64,000 nucleotides of DNA from Gammaproteobacteria bacterium (GTDB taxonomy: Bacteria > Pseudomonadota > Gammaproteobacteria > Ga0077536): contig JAJFJQ010000035.1 of NCBI GenBank assembly GCA_021773835.1, forward strand, positions 109,781 through 173,780, given 5' to 3'. This document shows positions 31,822 to 41,297 of the stretch, one piece after another. Numbering within the stretch: the first letter of the stretch is position 1; each line of letters begins with the position of its first letter. The notes beneath the pieces were generated by a model. That model made no database searches and was not told the DNA's origin. It worked only from the letters and a program-made list of their open reading frames with translations. The translations under genes were made by a program, and so were the position numbers.

Positions 31822-33477
31822 CTAATCGTTGTCGTTGCCCGGAACCGGGATTTGCTCATGATAGCGTGAGGTTATTGGGAAGCGCCGGTCGCGCCCAAAT
31901 GCACGTTTACTAATGCGTACGCCGGGTGCGGCCTGTCGTCGTTTAAATTCATTGCGGTCGACCATGCGGGCGACCCGCTGCACGGTTTTTAGAGCAAAAC
32001 CTTTCTTCGCGATCTGAGTAGGGGTCAAATCATTTTCAATGTAATCCTCGAGGATGGGATCGAGGATGTCATAGGCGGGCAGGTTGTCAGTGTCCATTTG
32101 ATCCGGTGCAAGTTCGGCGCTTGGAGGTCGCTCAATGACCCGTTCTGGAATGATCTCCGATCGTCGATTGCGCCATCTGGCAAGCTCGTAGGCAAGGGTT
32201 TTTGGTACGTCTTTGAGAGGCGCAAATCCGCCCGCCATGTCCCCGTACAAGGTTGCGTAGCCAACGGACATTTCGCTTTTATTCCCCGTAGCCAACACGA
32301 TGTGTCCAAACTTATTTGACACCGCCATTAGAATAAGACCGCGGCAGCGTGCCTGCATATTCTCTTCGGTTACATCACGTTCTGTGCCCTGAAAGATTTT
32401 TTCAAGTACAGAATTAAAGGCACTAAACGGTTGCTCGATCGTGATCACATCGCACGAACAACCCAGTCGACGAGCTTGCTCCAACGCGTCGTCAATACTC
32501 ATTTGCGCTGTGTAGCGTGACGGCATGGAGATCGCGCGAACGCGTTCCGGTCCAATTGCATCGACCGCGATCGCCAGGGTCAGGGCTGAGTCGATGCCGC
32601 CGGACAGTCCAATCACCGCGCCAGGAAAATTATTCTTGGTGACGTAATCACGAACCCCCAGGACTAGTGCTTCGTACACATTCTCCGCATCTTCCGTTAA
32701 TTTGTCATTTGGACCTTCGAATTTGAGCCCGGAGGCCGATTTCTGGATATCGACGATTGCGATCGCCTCGTCAAACTCCCGCACGTTAATGACAGCTTGA
32801 CCATCGGTGTCGACAACCAATGATCCGCCGTCGAATACGAGCTCATCTTGACCGCCGCATAAATTGACATACGCGATTGGTAGCCCGGAGGCGGAAGCCG
32901 CTGCCCGCAGCGCGGCCAATCGAGCCGCGCGCTTACCGATTCGATATGGCGACGCATTTATATTCAAAACCATCTCGGCGCCCGCGTTTCGCGCAGCTGC
33001 TGCGGTTTGTGGTTCCCAGATGTCCTCGCAGATATTGATCGATATCCGTATTGAGCCAACATCGACAATGCAGCTCTCGGTGCCTGGCGAGAAATAACGT
33101 TTCTCGTCAAACACGGCATAGTTGGGCAGCTGTTGCTTGCGATAGCAGGCGTTGACGGTGCCATCACAAAGAATCGAACAACTGTTGAAGATCTGCCCCG
33201 AGGATTGTTCTGGGTGCCCGATTGCGACAATGATCCCGGTCGCAGCCTGGGTAATCAGTTGCAGTGCATGCTCAACGCGTCGGTGGAGCCCTGGACGAAA
33301 TAATAAATCTTCCGGTGGGTAGCCGGTGATGGCGAGTTCTGGAAAGGCGATGAGGTCGAGGTGATCTTCGTCCCGAGCGCGAACTATCGTCTCCAGAATT
33401 TTCGCGGTGTTGCCATCGATGTCGCCGACGCAAAGGTTCAGTTGGGCGAGTCCGAGACGGACCCGCGCGCTACCCAC
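31822..33477 (-). CDS. nadE: Glutamine-dependent NAD+ synthetase NadE (CN-hydrolase + synthetase domains)
   Basis: 551 aa. N-terminal nitrilase-like domain with the catalytic Cys region. C-terminal PP-loop ATP pyrophosphatase motif (GLSGGIDSAL). GTG start. Confidence 0.88.
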   Translation of the reverse strand: MGSARVRLGLAQLNLCVGDIDGNTAKILETIVRARDEDHLDLIAFPELAITGYPPEDLLFRPGLHRRVEHALQLITQAATGIIVAIGHPEQSSGQIFNSCSILCDGTVNACYRKQQLPNYAVFDEKRYFSPGTESCIVDVGSIRISINICEDIWEPQTAAAARNAGAEMVLNINASPYRIGKRAARLAALRAAASASGLPIAYVNLCGGQDELVFDGGSLVVDTDGQAVINVREFDEAIAIVDIQKSASGLKFEGPNDKLTEDAENVYEALVLGVRDYVTKNNFPGAVIGLSGGIDSALTLAIAVDAIGPERVRAISMPSRYTAQMSIDDALEQARRLGCSCDVITIEQPFSAFNSVLEKIFQGTERDVTEENMQARCRGLILMAVSNKFGHIVLATGNKSEMSVGYATLYGDMAGGFAPLKDVPKTLAYELARWRNRRSEIIPERVIERPPSAELAPDQMDTDNLPAYDILDPILEDYIENDLTPTQIAKKGFALKTVQRVARMVDRNEFKRRQAAPGVRISKRAFGRDRRFPITSRYHEQIPVPGNDND

Positions 33478-33499
33478 TCGTTTCCACCTTCAAGCGTCT

Positions 33500-34369
33500 C
33501 TACAGCGCGGCCTGCATCGCCGAACCGAGTTCCGCCGGTGAGCGCACAGTGTGAACGCCAGCCGCCTCGAGAGCCGCAAATTTGTCATCGGCAGTACCTT
33601 TGCCGCCGGATATGATCGCGCCGGCATGGCCCATTCGCTTGCCTGGCGGGGCCGTCACCCCAGCAATGTAGCCGACAACGGGTTTGGTCACGTGTGCGGA
33701 AATAAACGCCGCGGCTTCCTCTTCGGCAGATCCGCCGATTTCACCCACCATTATTATGCCTTCAGTCGAATCGTCTGCCTGAAATAGCTGCAGACAGTCA
33801 ATGAAGTTCATTCCTTGGATCGGATCGCCGCCGATTCCGATACAAGTCGTCTGTCCAAGACCGGCCTGGGTCGTTTGGTGCACAGCCTCGTAGGTCAAGG
33901 TGCCGGAACGCGACACGATTCCGATCCGACCGGGTTGGTGAATCGCGCCGGGCATGATGCCCATCTTGCACTCCCCCGGGGTTATCACACCGGGGCAGTT
34001 TGGGCCGATCAGGTAGGTACCGGTCGAATTTAACAGGCTCGCTTTAACACGCACCATATCGAGAACGGGGATCCCTTCGGTAATGCAGGCAATGACTTCG
34101 ATGCCGGCCGCCGCAGCCTCAACGATCGCATCGGCGGCGAACGGCGGCGGCACGAATATCATACTGGCCGTAGCGCCGGTTGCGGCAACGGCCGCGTTGA
34201 CGGTATCGAAAATGGGCAGGTCTAGATGCTTGGAACCGCCACGTCCAGGGGTAATCCCACCGACAACCTTAGTCCCGTAGGCGATTGCCTGCTCCGCGTG
34301 GAAGGTGCCCTGTTTTCCGGTGAAACCCTGTACGATGACTCGCGTATTTTTATCGACCAAGACAGACAC
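33500..34369 (-). CDS. sucD: Succinyl-CoA synthetase alpha subunit SucD
   Basis: 289 aa, near-colinear with E. coli SucD ([16 protein letters not shown], phosphohistidine region MGHAGAI). GTG start abuts the sucC stop. Confidence 0.95.
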   Translation of the reverse strand: MSVLVDKNTRVIVQGFTGKQGTFHAEQAIAYGTKVVGGITPGRGGSKHLDLPIFDTVNAAVAATGATASMIFVPPPFAADAIVEAAAAGIEVIACITEGIPVLDMVRVKASLLNSTGTYLIGPNCPGVITPGECKMGIMPGAIHQPGRIGIVSRSGTLTYEAVHQTTQAGLGQTTCIGIGGDPIQGMNFIDCLQLFQADDSTEGIIMVGEIGGSAEEEAAAFISAHVTKPVVGYIAGVTAPPGKRMGHAGAIISGGKGTADDKFAALEAAGVHTVRSPAELGSAMQAAL

Positions 34370-35535
34370 TATTTTTTTCCTCCGACTGAGGCGACGACTT
34401 TGGTGGCGGCATCGGCAAGATTCTCAGCGCTGGTTATCGCAAGACCGCTACTCGCGAGCAAACTTTTCCCTTCATCGACTTTGGTCCCTTCCAGTCGCAC
34501 TACAACCGGGACGTTTACGCCGACTTCCTGGACCGCCTCAATGATGCCTTCTGCGATGAGGTCGCAGCGGACAATGCCGCCGAATATATTGACGAGGATC
34601 GCCTCTACTTTCGGATCGGAGATGATTATTTTTAATGCTTCTGCAACGCGTTCGGCTGTCGCGCCGCCGCCTACGTCCAGAAAATTAGCCGGCTCACCAC
34701 CGCTCAGTTTGATAATGTCCATCGTCGCCATGGCGAGTCCGGCACCATTCACCATGCATGCAATATTGCCATCTAGGGTGACATAGTTAAGGTCAAACTC
34801 CTGTGCCTTGCGCTCCTTCTCGTCTTCTTGGCTTGGGTCGCGCCATTCGGCAATACTTTGCCGATACAATGCATTGTCGTCGACGTTAATTTTTCCGTCT
34901 AGTGCAGCGAGCGAACCGTCGCTGAGGATTGCCAAAGGATTGATCTCGACCAGACTTAGATCTTTGTCGATGAATAATCTATACAGCCCATGCAAGATGA
35001 CCCCGAGTTGTTTGCGTTGATCGGGGTCCAGTTCGAGCGCGAATCCCATGAGCCGGCATTGGTAATCCTGGAGACCTAAAACGGGGTTTATACTAATAGT
35101 GACAATTTTCTCGGGCGTTGTTGCCGCAACTTCTTCGATATCCATGCCGCCTGCTAATGAGGCCATGAACGCGACTTGGCGGCTGGCGCGATCAACTACC
35201 GCGCCGAGATATAGCTCATGTGCAATGTCGGCGGCGCAATCGATCAGCACGACATTGATCGGCTGCCCGTCAGGTGCGGATTGTTTGGTGATCAGTTGGG
35301 TGCCCAGAAGGTCGCGCGCTGCCGTTTCGACATCATCAAGACTTTTCGAAAACTTGACGCCACCGGCTTTCCCGCGCCCACCGGCATGAACCTGAGCTTT
35401 GACTAACCACGCATTACCACCGAGTGCTTTGGCGTTTTCAACGGCTTCATCGGGCGAGTGGGCCGGTTTGCCCGGTAAAATCGGGATCCCATAGTCTTGA
35501 AACAGCGCCTTCGCTTGGTATTCATGGAGATTCAT
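34369..35535 (-). CDS. sucC: Succinyl-CoA synthetase beta subunit SucC
   Basis: 388 aa with the [13 protein letters not shown]-terminus and ATP-grasp fold. Immediately upstream of sucD. Confidence 0.95.
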   Translation of the reverse strand: MNLHEYQAKALFQDYGIPILPGKPAHSPDEAVENAKALGGNAWLVKAQVHAGGRGKAGGVKFSKSLDDVETAARDLLGTQLITKQSAPDGQPINVVLIDCAADIAHELYLGAVVDRASRQVAFMASLAGGMDIEEVAATTPEKIVTISINPVLGLQDYQCRLMGFALELDPDQRKQLGVILHGLYRLFIDKDLSLVEINPLAILSDGSLAALDGKINVDDNALYRQSIAEWRDPSQEDEKERKAQEFDLNYVTLDGNIACMVNGAGLAMATMDIIKLSGGEPANFLDVGGGATAERVAEALKIIISDPKVEAILVNIFGGIVRCDLIAEGIIEAVQEVGVNVPVVVRLEGTKVDEGKSLLASSGLAITSAENLADAATKVVASVGGKK

Positions 35536-35834
35536 TGCTTCACCTAAATCCAGTCATGGAAAATTAAACAAAAAAATTCAGTAACGCGCGATCGGGTAGC
35601 CATTAAATAGCAGTATTTGTTGCCCTAAGCGTGCGTCGCGACGTCGCTGTTTTTCGGTATCCCCATGCTTACGACATGTCACCATCGGTCTATAATCGTG
35701 TATTCGGCATCTTCGCAAAACACGAATCAGTGGTCCATGTCGAGCGCACGAGGCGGCCCACCTCGCCGACACCAAATGGACGGCGCATTCGTGCGGTGAG
35801 ACTATAGCGAATAACCGCACCTGATTGAAAGGAA

Positions 35835-36077
35835 GTGGAAACATCCGATTCCGTTTATCGATGGCTTATACCGATGCATCTTCTACGTCTAGTTATCATC
35901 GCAGTAATTATATGGTTTGCGATCCGCATCGTCAGAAATGCTTTAACGGCAAAATCAGCCCGCCAGGTTGACGACTATCGAGGGAAAATGGTGACCTGTT
36001 CAGTTTGCGGGGTGTATCTTCCCGAAGATGACGCGAAAGCCATCGGGGAAGGTAAATATCAATGTGACCGGCATTAG
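35835..36077 (+). CDS. Small membrane protein with C-terminal Cys-x2-Cys...Cys-x2-His zinc-ribbon-like motif
   Basis: 80 aa with one hydrophobic TM (LLRLVIIAVIIWFAIRIV) then CSVCGVYLPEDDAKAIGEGKYQCDRH. GTG start 1 nt after AGGA (poor spacing). An alternative ATG at 35874 has no SD. Start is uncertain. Confidence 0.5.
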   Translation: METSDSVYRWLIPMHLLRLVIIAVIIWFAIRIVRNALTAKSARQVDDYRGKMVTCSVCGVYLPEDDAKAIGEGKYQCDRH

Positions 36078-36103
36078 GATTCGGCTCGGCGCCGGCCATC
36101 GTT

Positions 36104-37312
36104 ATGCGTACCTTACGTAAAAAACTAAGCTTTTATGTACTTGGCTCGTTGGTGACGGTCGCAGGATTTTTTGCAATTATCGAACTCTCCACGCGTATCG
36201 TCTCTGGAGTCCGCGGGGACGGATTCGCGCTTGCCCTGCACGAATTGGATGCGACGGATGCGGCGATCAATGATATCTACCAATTTCACCCCTTTACTGG
36301 ATTTACCTTCAAGCCCAATCAAGAATTCCCCGGTGGTCACCCGCGGCAGAAAGAGCTTGCGCTAATTCGAACGGATGCGCACGGGTTTCTCACAGGGCCG
36401 GAGCGCTTAACGCTTCAAAAAGGGGAGGATGAAATTCGTATTGCCATGATTGGAGCATCGACCACGGCGAACATTTGGTTGAACTTTGAGGAAAATTGGC
36501 CGGGGCGATTGGGCGAGAAGATCCGGCACGCATTACCCGCTAAGAATGTCACCGTTATAAATGCCGGTGTGCCGGGATTTAATTCCGCGCAAAGCATTGG
36601 CAACCTTGCGTTGCGTGTAATGCCGTTTAAACCAGATTTGGTTATCGTCTACCACGGCTATAACGATCTAAAGGTTGTACGCCCCGAATTCGAAGCGAAG
36701 CCAGACTATAGCAATGTACATACCCGGCCGTACGGGCAGTATGAGCGGCCCAACTGGATAATTCGTTTGTTAAATACCAGCATGTCATACGTACGCGCTA
36801 GGAACGCTTATCGCGAATACAAAAAAGCGACGACCAATATAGACGTGCTCACTAGCGAAATTCGACTAGACCGCATGCCGACGTCGGCGGAGGCGGTTTT
36901 CGAGCACAACATACGAATGTTGGTCGCGTGTGCCCGTGCCGGTGGCGCGCGGGTCGTTCTCTCTTCGTTCGCGACGCTGCACGATATCAGCCCAGGCAAG
37001 GGCACCGAGTCGCTGTCGACCATGCAGCACGAAGAACTATATTCATTGGCACGGTTCATGCCGGGGCTTAGTCTAGATGGCGTATTTGACGGAATTTCGC
37101 GCTATAACCTACGGTTACGGGAGATTTCCAAAGAACAAAACACTGGGTGGGTCGATAACGCGAATCTAATTGCCCATGAGGACGAAAACTTTGTCGATCG
37201 AGTTCATTTTTCTAAAGTTGGCGCGGAGCGGATGGCGGAGAACTTTTTCCCCGTTGTACTCGAGCTGCTGGTCGACGCTGACGCTTCGCACGAAAAACCA
37301 ACAGTCGACTAG
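36104..37312 (+). CDS. Membrane-anchored SGNH/GDSL-family hydrolase
   Basis: 402 aa with an N-terminal TM (LSFYVLGSLVTVAGFFAIIEL), block I GASTT (Ser nucleophile), block III GYND and block V DRVHF (Asp/His). The predicted catalytic domain faces the periplasm. Confidence 0.7.
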   Translation: MRTLRKKLSFYVLGSLVTVAGFFAIIELSTRIVSGVRGDGFALALHELDATDAAINDIYQFHPFTGFTFKPNQEFPGGHPRQKELALIRTDAHGFLTGPERLTLQKGEDEIRIAMIGASTTANIWLNFEENWPGRLGEKIRHALPAKNVTVINAGVPGFNSAQSIGNLALRVMPFKPDLVIVYHGYNDLKVVRPEFEAKPDYSNVHTRPYGQYERPNWIIRLLNTSMSYVRARNAYREYKKATTNIDVLTSEIRLDRMPTSAEAVFEHNIRMLVACARAGGARVVLSSFATLHDISPGKGTESLSTMQHEELYSLARFMPGLSLDGVFDGISRYNLRLREISKEQNTGWVDNANLIAHEDENFVDRVHFSKVGAERMAENFFPVVLELLVDADASHEKPTVD

Positions 37313-37414
37313 GCCTCAAAAAATGACCGGAATCAAACGATGCCCCGTAAAGATAAACTCACATCTCGTTGGCTAGTCTTGAATGAAAGCAATTCCTGGA
37401 CGCCGTAGCATTCA

Positions 37415-39049
37415 ATGAGTTCAACTGAGGTTACTCGTGACATCGGCGCGATAGACAACCGGGTCGCAACTGACCTGCGTGCGTGGCAGGCCCTGCGATA
37501 CTTTAGCTTATATCGCATCGTGATCTCCGGTCTTTTCGCACTGCTAGGTGTGTTCGCAAAATTGCCGGTGAATTTTACCCAGTTCAACGTTCGCCATTTT
37601 GCAATCATTGCATGCGCGTATTTATTACTCGCCGTTATCGCTCAGATTGCTGTAGAGCGTCGTTGGGCACCGATCCGCATTCAGGTTTACGCGCAGGTTT
37701 TGCTGGATATCGTAGTAATTACTGCCTTTATTCGTGCGAGCGGTGGCGTAGATGGTGGTTTCGGTATATTGCTCGTTGTGGCAGTCGCTGGCGGCTGCTT
37801 ATTCGTTCGACCGAGAGCTGCGATATTTTTTGCTGCGCTCGCGACTTTGGCCGTCCTTGGTGAAACGATCCTGGGGATCTGGTACTTGGACTATCCTAGT
37901 TCGAGCTACACCCCGTCGGGCTTGCTGGGTGCAGTCTTGTTTGTTACCGCAATGCTTTCGTCAGTTCTAGCAGAACAAGCGCGCCGCAGTGAGGCGTTGG
38001 CAGCCGAGCGTGCGGTCGATATTGAGAACCTCTCACGCTTAAACGAATACATCGTGCAGCGAATGCGCTCCGGAATAATTGTGTTAGATAATGCAGATAA
38101 CACCGTGTTGGTGAATGAGGCTGCGACGACAATGCTCACTGGTAGTGAAGCACCGCCAACGAATCAATCGGTCAAGATGCCGCCACAGTTGGACTTTGCT
38201 TACCGACGCTGGCTCGCTGACGAAGTTAATAACAAGGGCCCCTTGGATTTAGATACCAATGGCCTGGAGGTGATCGCTTCATTCACCCACCTTGGTGCCG
38301 GTGGTTCCGGCGAAACGCTCGTTTTCCTTGAGGATGCCGCCGAAATGCGCCAACGCGCACAGCAACTCAAGCTTGCATCCTTGGGCAGGTTAACCGGTAG
38401 TATTGCGCACGAAATCCGCAATCCCTTGGGTGCTATCAGTGCTGCGGGGCAGTTATTATCAGAATCGCCTAAGCTCACCGACCAGGATCTGCGCCTCACT
38501 CAGATTATCGCTGAGCACTCTCGGCGGATGAACCTGATAATTGAAAACGTCATGACCATTGGTAGGCGCAAGCTTGCGATTGCGGAGAGCTTTTCCTTAA
38601 AGCCCTGGTTTGATCAGTTCCTTACAGAACTACAAGAGCGCAAGCAGTTGGAACCTGGTGATACTCACTGTGAATGGCTGGACGACGATCTGGTCGTCCG
38701 TATGGACGCCAGCCAGTTGCATCAAGTGATGTGGAATCTATGCGAAAACGCGTTGCGCTACAGTCGCGGGCAACCATTTTTGTCGTTTAAATGCGGACGC
38801 ACGAGTGGATCGGCGAGACCGTATATTGATATCGTGGACAATGGTCCCGGGATGAGTGATAAGGTCGCCGAGCAAGTGTTCGAACCTTTCTATACGGGTG
38901 AGGCGACCGGCACTGGTCTCGGTCTGTATATTGCGCGCGAGCTGTGTGAGTCAAATCAGGCATCGCTAACGTTGACGGAACATGGCGATCGCGGATGCTG
39001 CTTTCGGATAAATTTCGCACATCCCGATCGACAACAATTGACGGAATAA
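37415..39049 (+). CDS. pilS: Type IV pilus sensor histidine kinase PilS
   Basis: 544 aa with about 6 N-terminal TM helices and a HisKA H-box (GSIAHEIRNPLGAI). The HATPase_c C-terminus is highly similar to Pseudomonas PilS (YTGEATGTGLGLYIARELCESNQA...CFRINFAHP). Confidence 0.9.
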   Translation: MSSTEVTRDIGAIDNRVATDLRAWQALRYFSLYRIVISGLFALLGVFAKLPVNFTQFNVRHFAIIACAYLLLAVIAQIAVERRWAPIRIQVYAQVLLDIVVITAFIRASGGVDGGFGILLVVAVAGGCLFVRPRAAIFFAALATLAVLGETILGIWYLDYPSSSYTPSGLLGAVLFVTAMLSSVLAEQARRSEALAAERAVDIENLSRLNEYIVQRMRSGIIVLDNADNTVLVNEAATTMLTGSEAPPTNQSVKMPPQLDFAYRRWLADEVNNKGPLDLDTNGLEVIASFTHLGAGGSGETLVFLEDAAEMRQRAQQLKLASLGRLTGSIAHEIRNPLGAISAAGQLLSESPKLTDQDLRLTQIIAEHSRRMNLIIENVMTIGRRKLAIAESFSLKPWFDQFLTELQERKQLEPGDTHCEWLDDDLVVRMDASQLHQVMWNLCENALRYSRGQPFLSFKCGRTSGSARPYIDIVDNGPGMSDKVAEQVFEPFYTGEATGTGLGLYIARELCESNQASLTLTEHGDRGCCFRINFAHPDRQQLTE

Positions 39050-39050
39050 T

Positions 39051-40397
39051 ATGGCATCCCATCACGCATTAGTTGTAGACGACGAGCCGGACATCCTAGA
39101 ACTACTAGCGATCACCTTAGCTCGAATGGATATTGACTGTACGTCGGCTGCAGACGTCGCGGAGGCTAAGCAGCATCTGAAAGATCGAGAGTTCGACATA
39201 TGCCTCACCGACATGAAGCTGCCGGACGGTAACGGACTTGAATTAGTCACCTACATCCAGCAAAGGTACGCCAACTTACCAGTTGCCGTCATCACAGCGC
39301 ACGGCAACATGGAATTGGCGATTCAGGCGCTCAAATCTGGTGCATTCGATTTCGTGAACAAACCGCTTGATATTAATGACCTGCGAAATCTGGTGTCCCA
39401 GGCAATTAAGGTCGGCGCGCGCAATGACGAAGGCACCGCATCGAGCAAAGCGCTAATCGGGAATTCGGCTGGTATCGAGCAGCTCCGTGGGACCATAACG
39501 AAACTCGCGCGTTCACAAGCACCGATTTACATTAGCGGTGAATCGGGTACCGGGAAAGAATTAGTCGCACGCTTGATCCACGATCAGGGACCGCGCTCGG
39601 GACATGAGTTCGTTCCGGTAAATTGTGGGGCGATACCGCATGAATTGATTGAAAGCGAGCTCTTTGGCCACACAAAAGGCAGTTTTACAGGCGCCTCCGC
39701 CGACAAGCCGGGCCTCTTTCAGACCGCTCATCTTGGGACTCTATTTTTAGACGAAGTCGCGGAATTACCATTACAGATGCAAGTAAAACTCTTACGGGCG
39801 ATACAAGAGAAAAGTATTCGCCCGGTGGGTTCAACGCAAGAAACGGCAGTGGATTGTCGGATATTGTCGGCAACCCACAAAAATCTTGCGCAATTGGTTG
39901 AGGACGGAACGTTCCGACAAGACCTTTATTACCGCATCAACGTTATCGAGCTTAAGGTGCCGGCGTTACGTGAGCGCTCAAGCGACATTAAGTTGTTAGT
40001 TGATCATTTTCTCGCTATTCACGCCGATCGACTCGGCATAGTCGTCCCAAATTTGTCAGATTCCGCGCATGCGGCTCTCGTTAACTACCGGTTCCCGGGC
40101 AATGTACGAGAGCTGGAAAATATCCTAGAACGCGCAATTACCTTGTGTGAAAGTAGCAACGTTGAGATCGAGGATCTCAATCTACCCGTAGATGCTCCGA
40201 CGGGGTTAAACGATTCAGACAACCGGCCGAACGATGCAGGAGAACTGCAGAGCTATTTGGATGATGTCGAGCGAGAACGGATCTTGCAGGCATTGGAGCA
40301 AACCCGGTGGAATAAGACCCAGGCAGCAAAACTGCTAGGGATCAGCTTTCGTGCCCTGCGCTATCGGCTAGAAAAGCTCGACCTAGAAAAAGACTGA
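39051..40397 (+). CDS. pilR: Sigma54-dependent response regulator PilR (NtrC family)
   Basis: 448 aa. Receiver domain (DDEPD...D at the phospho-acceptor position), AAA+ sigma54-interaction domain (GESGTGKE, GAFTGA-like GSFTGA), C-terminal HTH. Confidence 0.92.
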   Translation: MASHHALVVDDEPDILELLAITLARMDIDCTSAADVAEAKQHLKDREFDICLTDMKLPDGNGLELVTYIQQRYANLPVAVITAHGNMELAIQALKSGAFDFVNKPLDINDLRNLVSQAIKVGARNDEGTASSKALIGNSAGIEQLRGTITKLARSQAPIYISGESGTGKELVARLIHDQGPRSGHEFVPVNCGAIPHELIESELFGHTKGSFTGASADKPGLFQTAHLGTLFLDEVAELPLQMQVKLLRAIQEKSIRPVGSTQETAVDCRILSATHKNLAQLVEDGTFRQDLYYRINVIELKVPALRERSSDIKLLVDHFLAIHADRLGIVVPNLSDSAHAALVNYRFPGNVRELENILERAITLCESSNVEIEDLNLPVDAPTGLNDSDNRPNDAGELQSYLDDVERERILQALEQTRWNKTQAAKLLGISFRALRYRLEKLDLEKD

Positions 40398-40455
40398 GTG
40401 GGTCAACCAGGCCACCGCAAGAGGATTATCGGCGACCGAGTGCATAGGAGTGAGG

Positions 40456-40483
40456 TGACGCTCAACGTCACTTTTTGACGCTC
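40456..40483 (+). promoter_or_regulatory. Candidate enhancer (UAS): palindrome TGACG-N5-CGTCA and direct repeat TGACGCTC x2
   Basis: TGACGCTC occurs at 40456-40464 and 40476-40483, about two helical turns apart. The first copy is part of a TGACG-N5-CGTCA inverted repeat (40456-40470). It sits about 110-135 bp upstream of the sigma54 promoter, the expected distance for bEBP sites. Confidence 0.4.
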
Positions 40484-40590
40484 GTTGGTTATAGCAAATG
40501 GGTAACACCGCCATAATGCCATCTGTGATGCGCCACCCGATCGCCCTAAGACCCGCATCCTGACTGGGTTATCTATCAATTCGGCGGAAT

Positions 40591-40606
40591 TGGCACGGAA
40601 TATGCA
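40591..40606 (+). promoter_or_regulatory. Sigma54 (RpoN) -24/-12 promoter for pilA
   Basis: TGGCACggaatATGCA has GG and GC elements with canonical 10-nt spacing (consensus TGGCAC-N5-TTGCW). It lies 116 bp upstream of the pilA ATG and downstream of pilR. Confidence 0.75.
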
Positions 40607-40721
40607 CTTGCCTTAGCAACACGCTGGCGGGCCCGCTCGAAAGCGTCCGGAAACCGCTAACGGCAAAGAATTTTTGGTAAAGCCCTAGCACAAACAAAGT
40701 AAAGTTCAGGAGAAAAATGTA

Positions 40722-41150
40722 ATGAAGAAGGTTCAACAAGGTTTCACACTAATCGAGCTGATGATCGTGGTCGCGATCATCGGTATCTTGGCCGCGGTCG
40801 CGATTCCTGCTTACCAGGACTACACGATCCGTGCGAAAGTGACGGAAGGCTTAGGTCTCGCATCGGCAGGTAAGACCGCGGTATCAGAGTTCTTCGCAAC
40901 AAATGGTCGTCTACCGGGCAACAACACCTCAGCTGGTATGGCCCAACCAGGTAGTATTTCTGGTAACGACGTCCAAAGCGTTACAGTCAACGCGAACGGC
41001 ATTATGCATATCTTGTTTTCAGGTTCGCTTCCGTTGGGAACCAAGACGATCTTCCTTACGCCGGAGACAACTGGCGGTCGTGTGAAATGGGACTGCGCGA
41101 CTAACGGTACATTGGACAATCGGTATCGCCCATCCTCTTGCCGTAACTAA
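40722..41150 (+). CDS. pilA: Type IVa major pilin PilA
   Basis: 142 aa. Class III leader [34 protein letters not shown] (Gly-1, Phe+1, Glu+5). C-terminal disulfide loop [24 protein letters not shown] 9 nt upstream. Confidence 0.95.
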   Translation: MKKVQQGFTLIELMIVVAIIGILAAVAIPAYQDYTIRAKVTEGLGLASAGKTAVSEFFATNGRLPGNNTSAGMAQPGSISGNDVQSVTVNANGIMHILFSGSLPLGTKTIFLTPETTGGRVKWDCATNGTLDNRYRPSSCRN

Positions 41151-41175
41151 TTGTTACTACCCTAGTAGCATCAAG

Positions 41176-41209
41176 AACGCCCAGTCTTAGGACTGGGCGT
41201 TTTCATTTC
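41176..41209 (+). terminator. Rho-independent terminator after pilA
   Basis: Perfect 11-bp stem AACGCCCAGTC / GACTGGGCGTT with a TTAG loop, followed by TTTCATTTC. Located 26 nt after the pilA stop. Confidence 0.85.
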
Positions 41210-41297
41210 TGCGTGAACAATATGTCTCCATTCACCACTCGTTCGCAGCCATAACTAATATCCTGTCAGCGCCGCGCAAAAGTAATGGCCGACACTC

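Noticed and set aside
34226-34786. 186-aa + strand ORF overlapping the sucD/sucC junction.
   Set aside because: Antisense to near-identical SucC/SucD homologues; compositionally biased.
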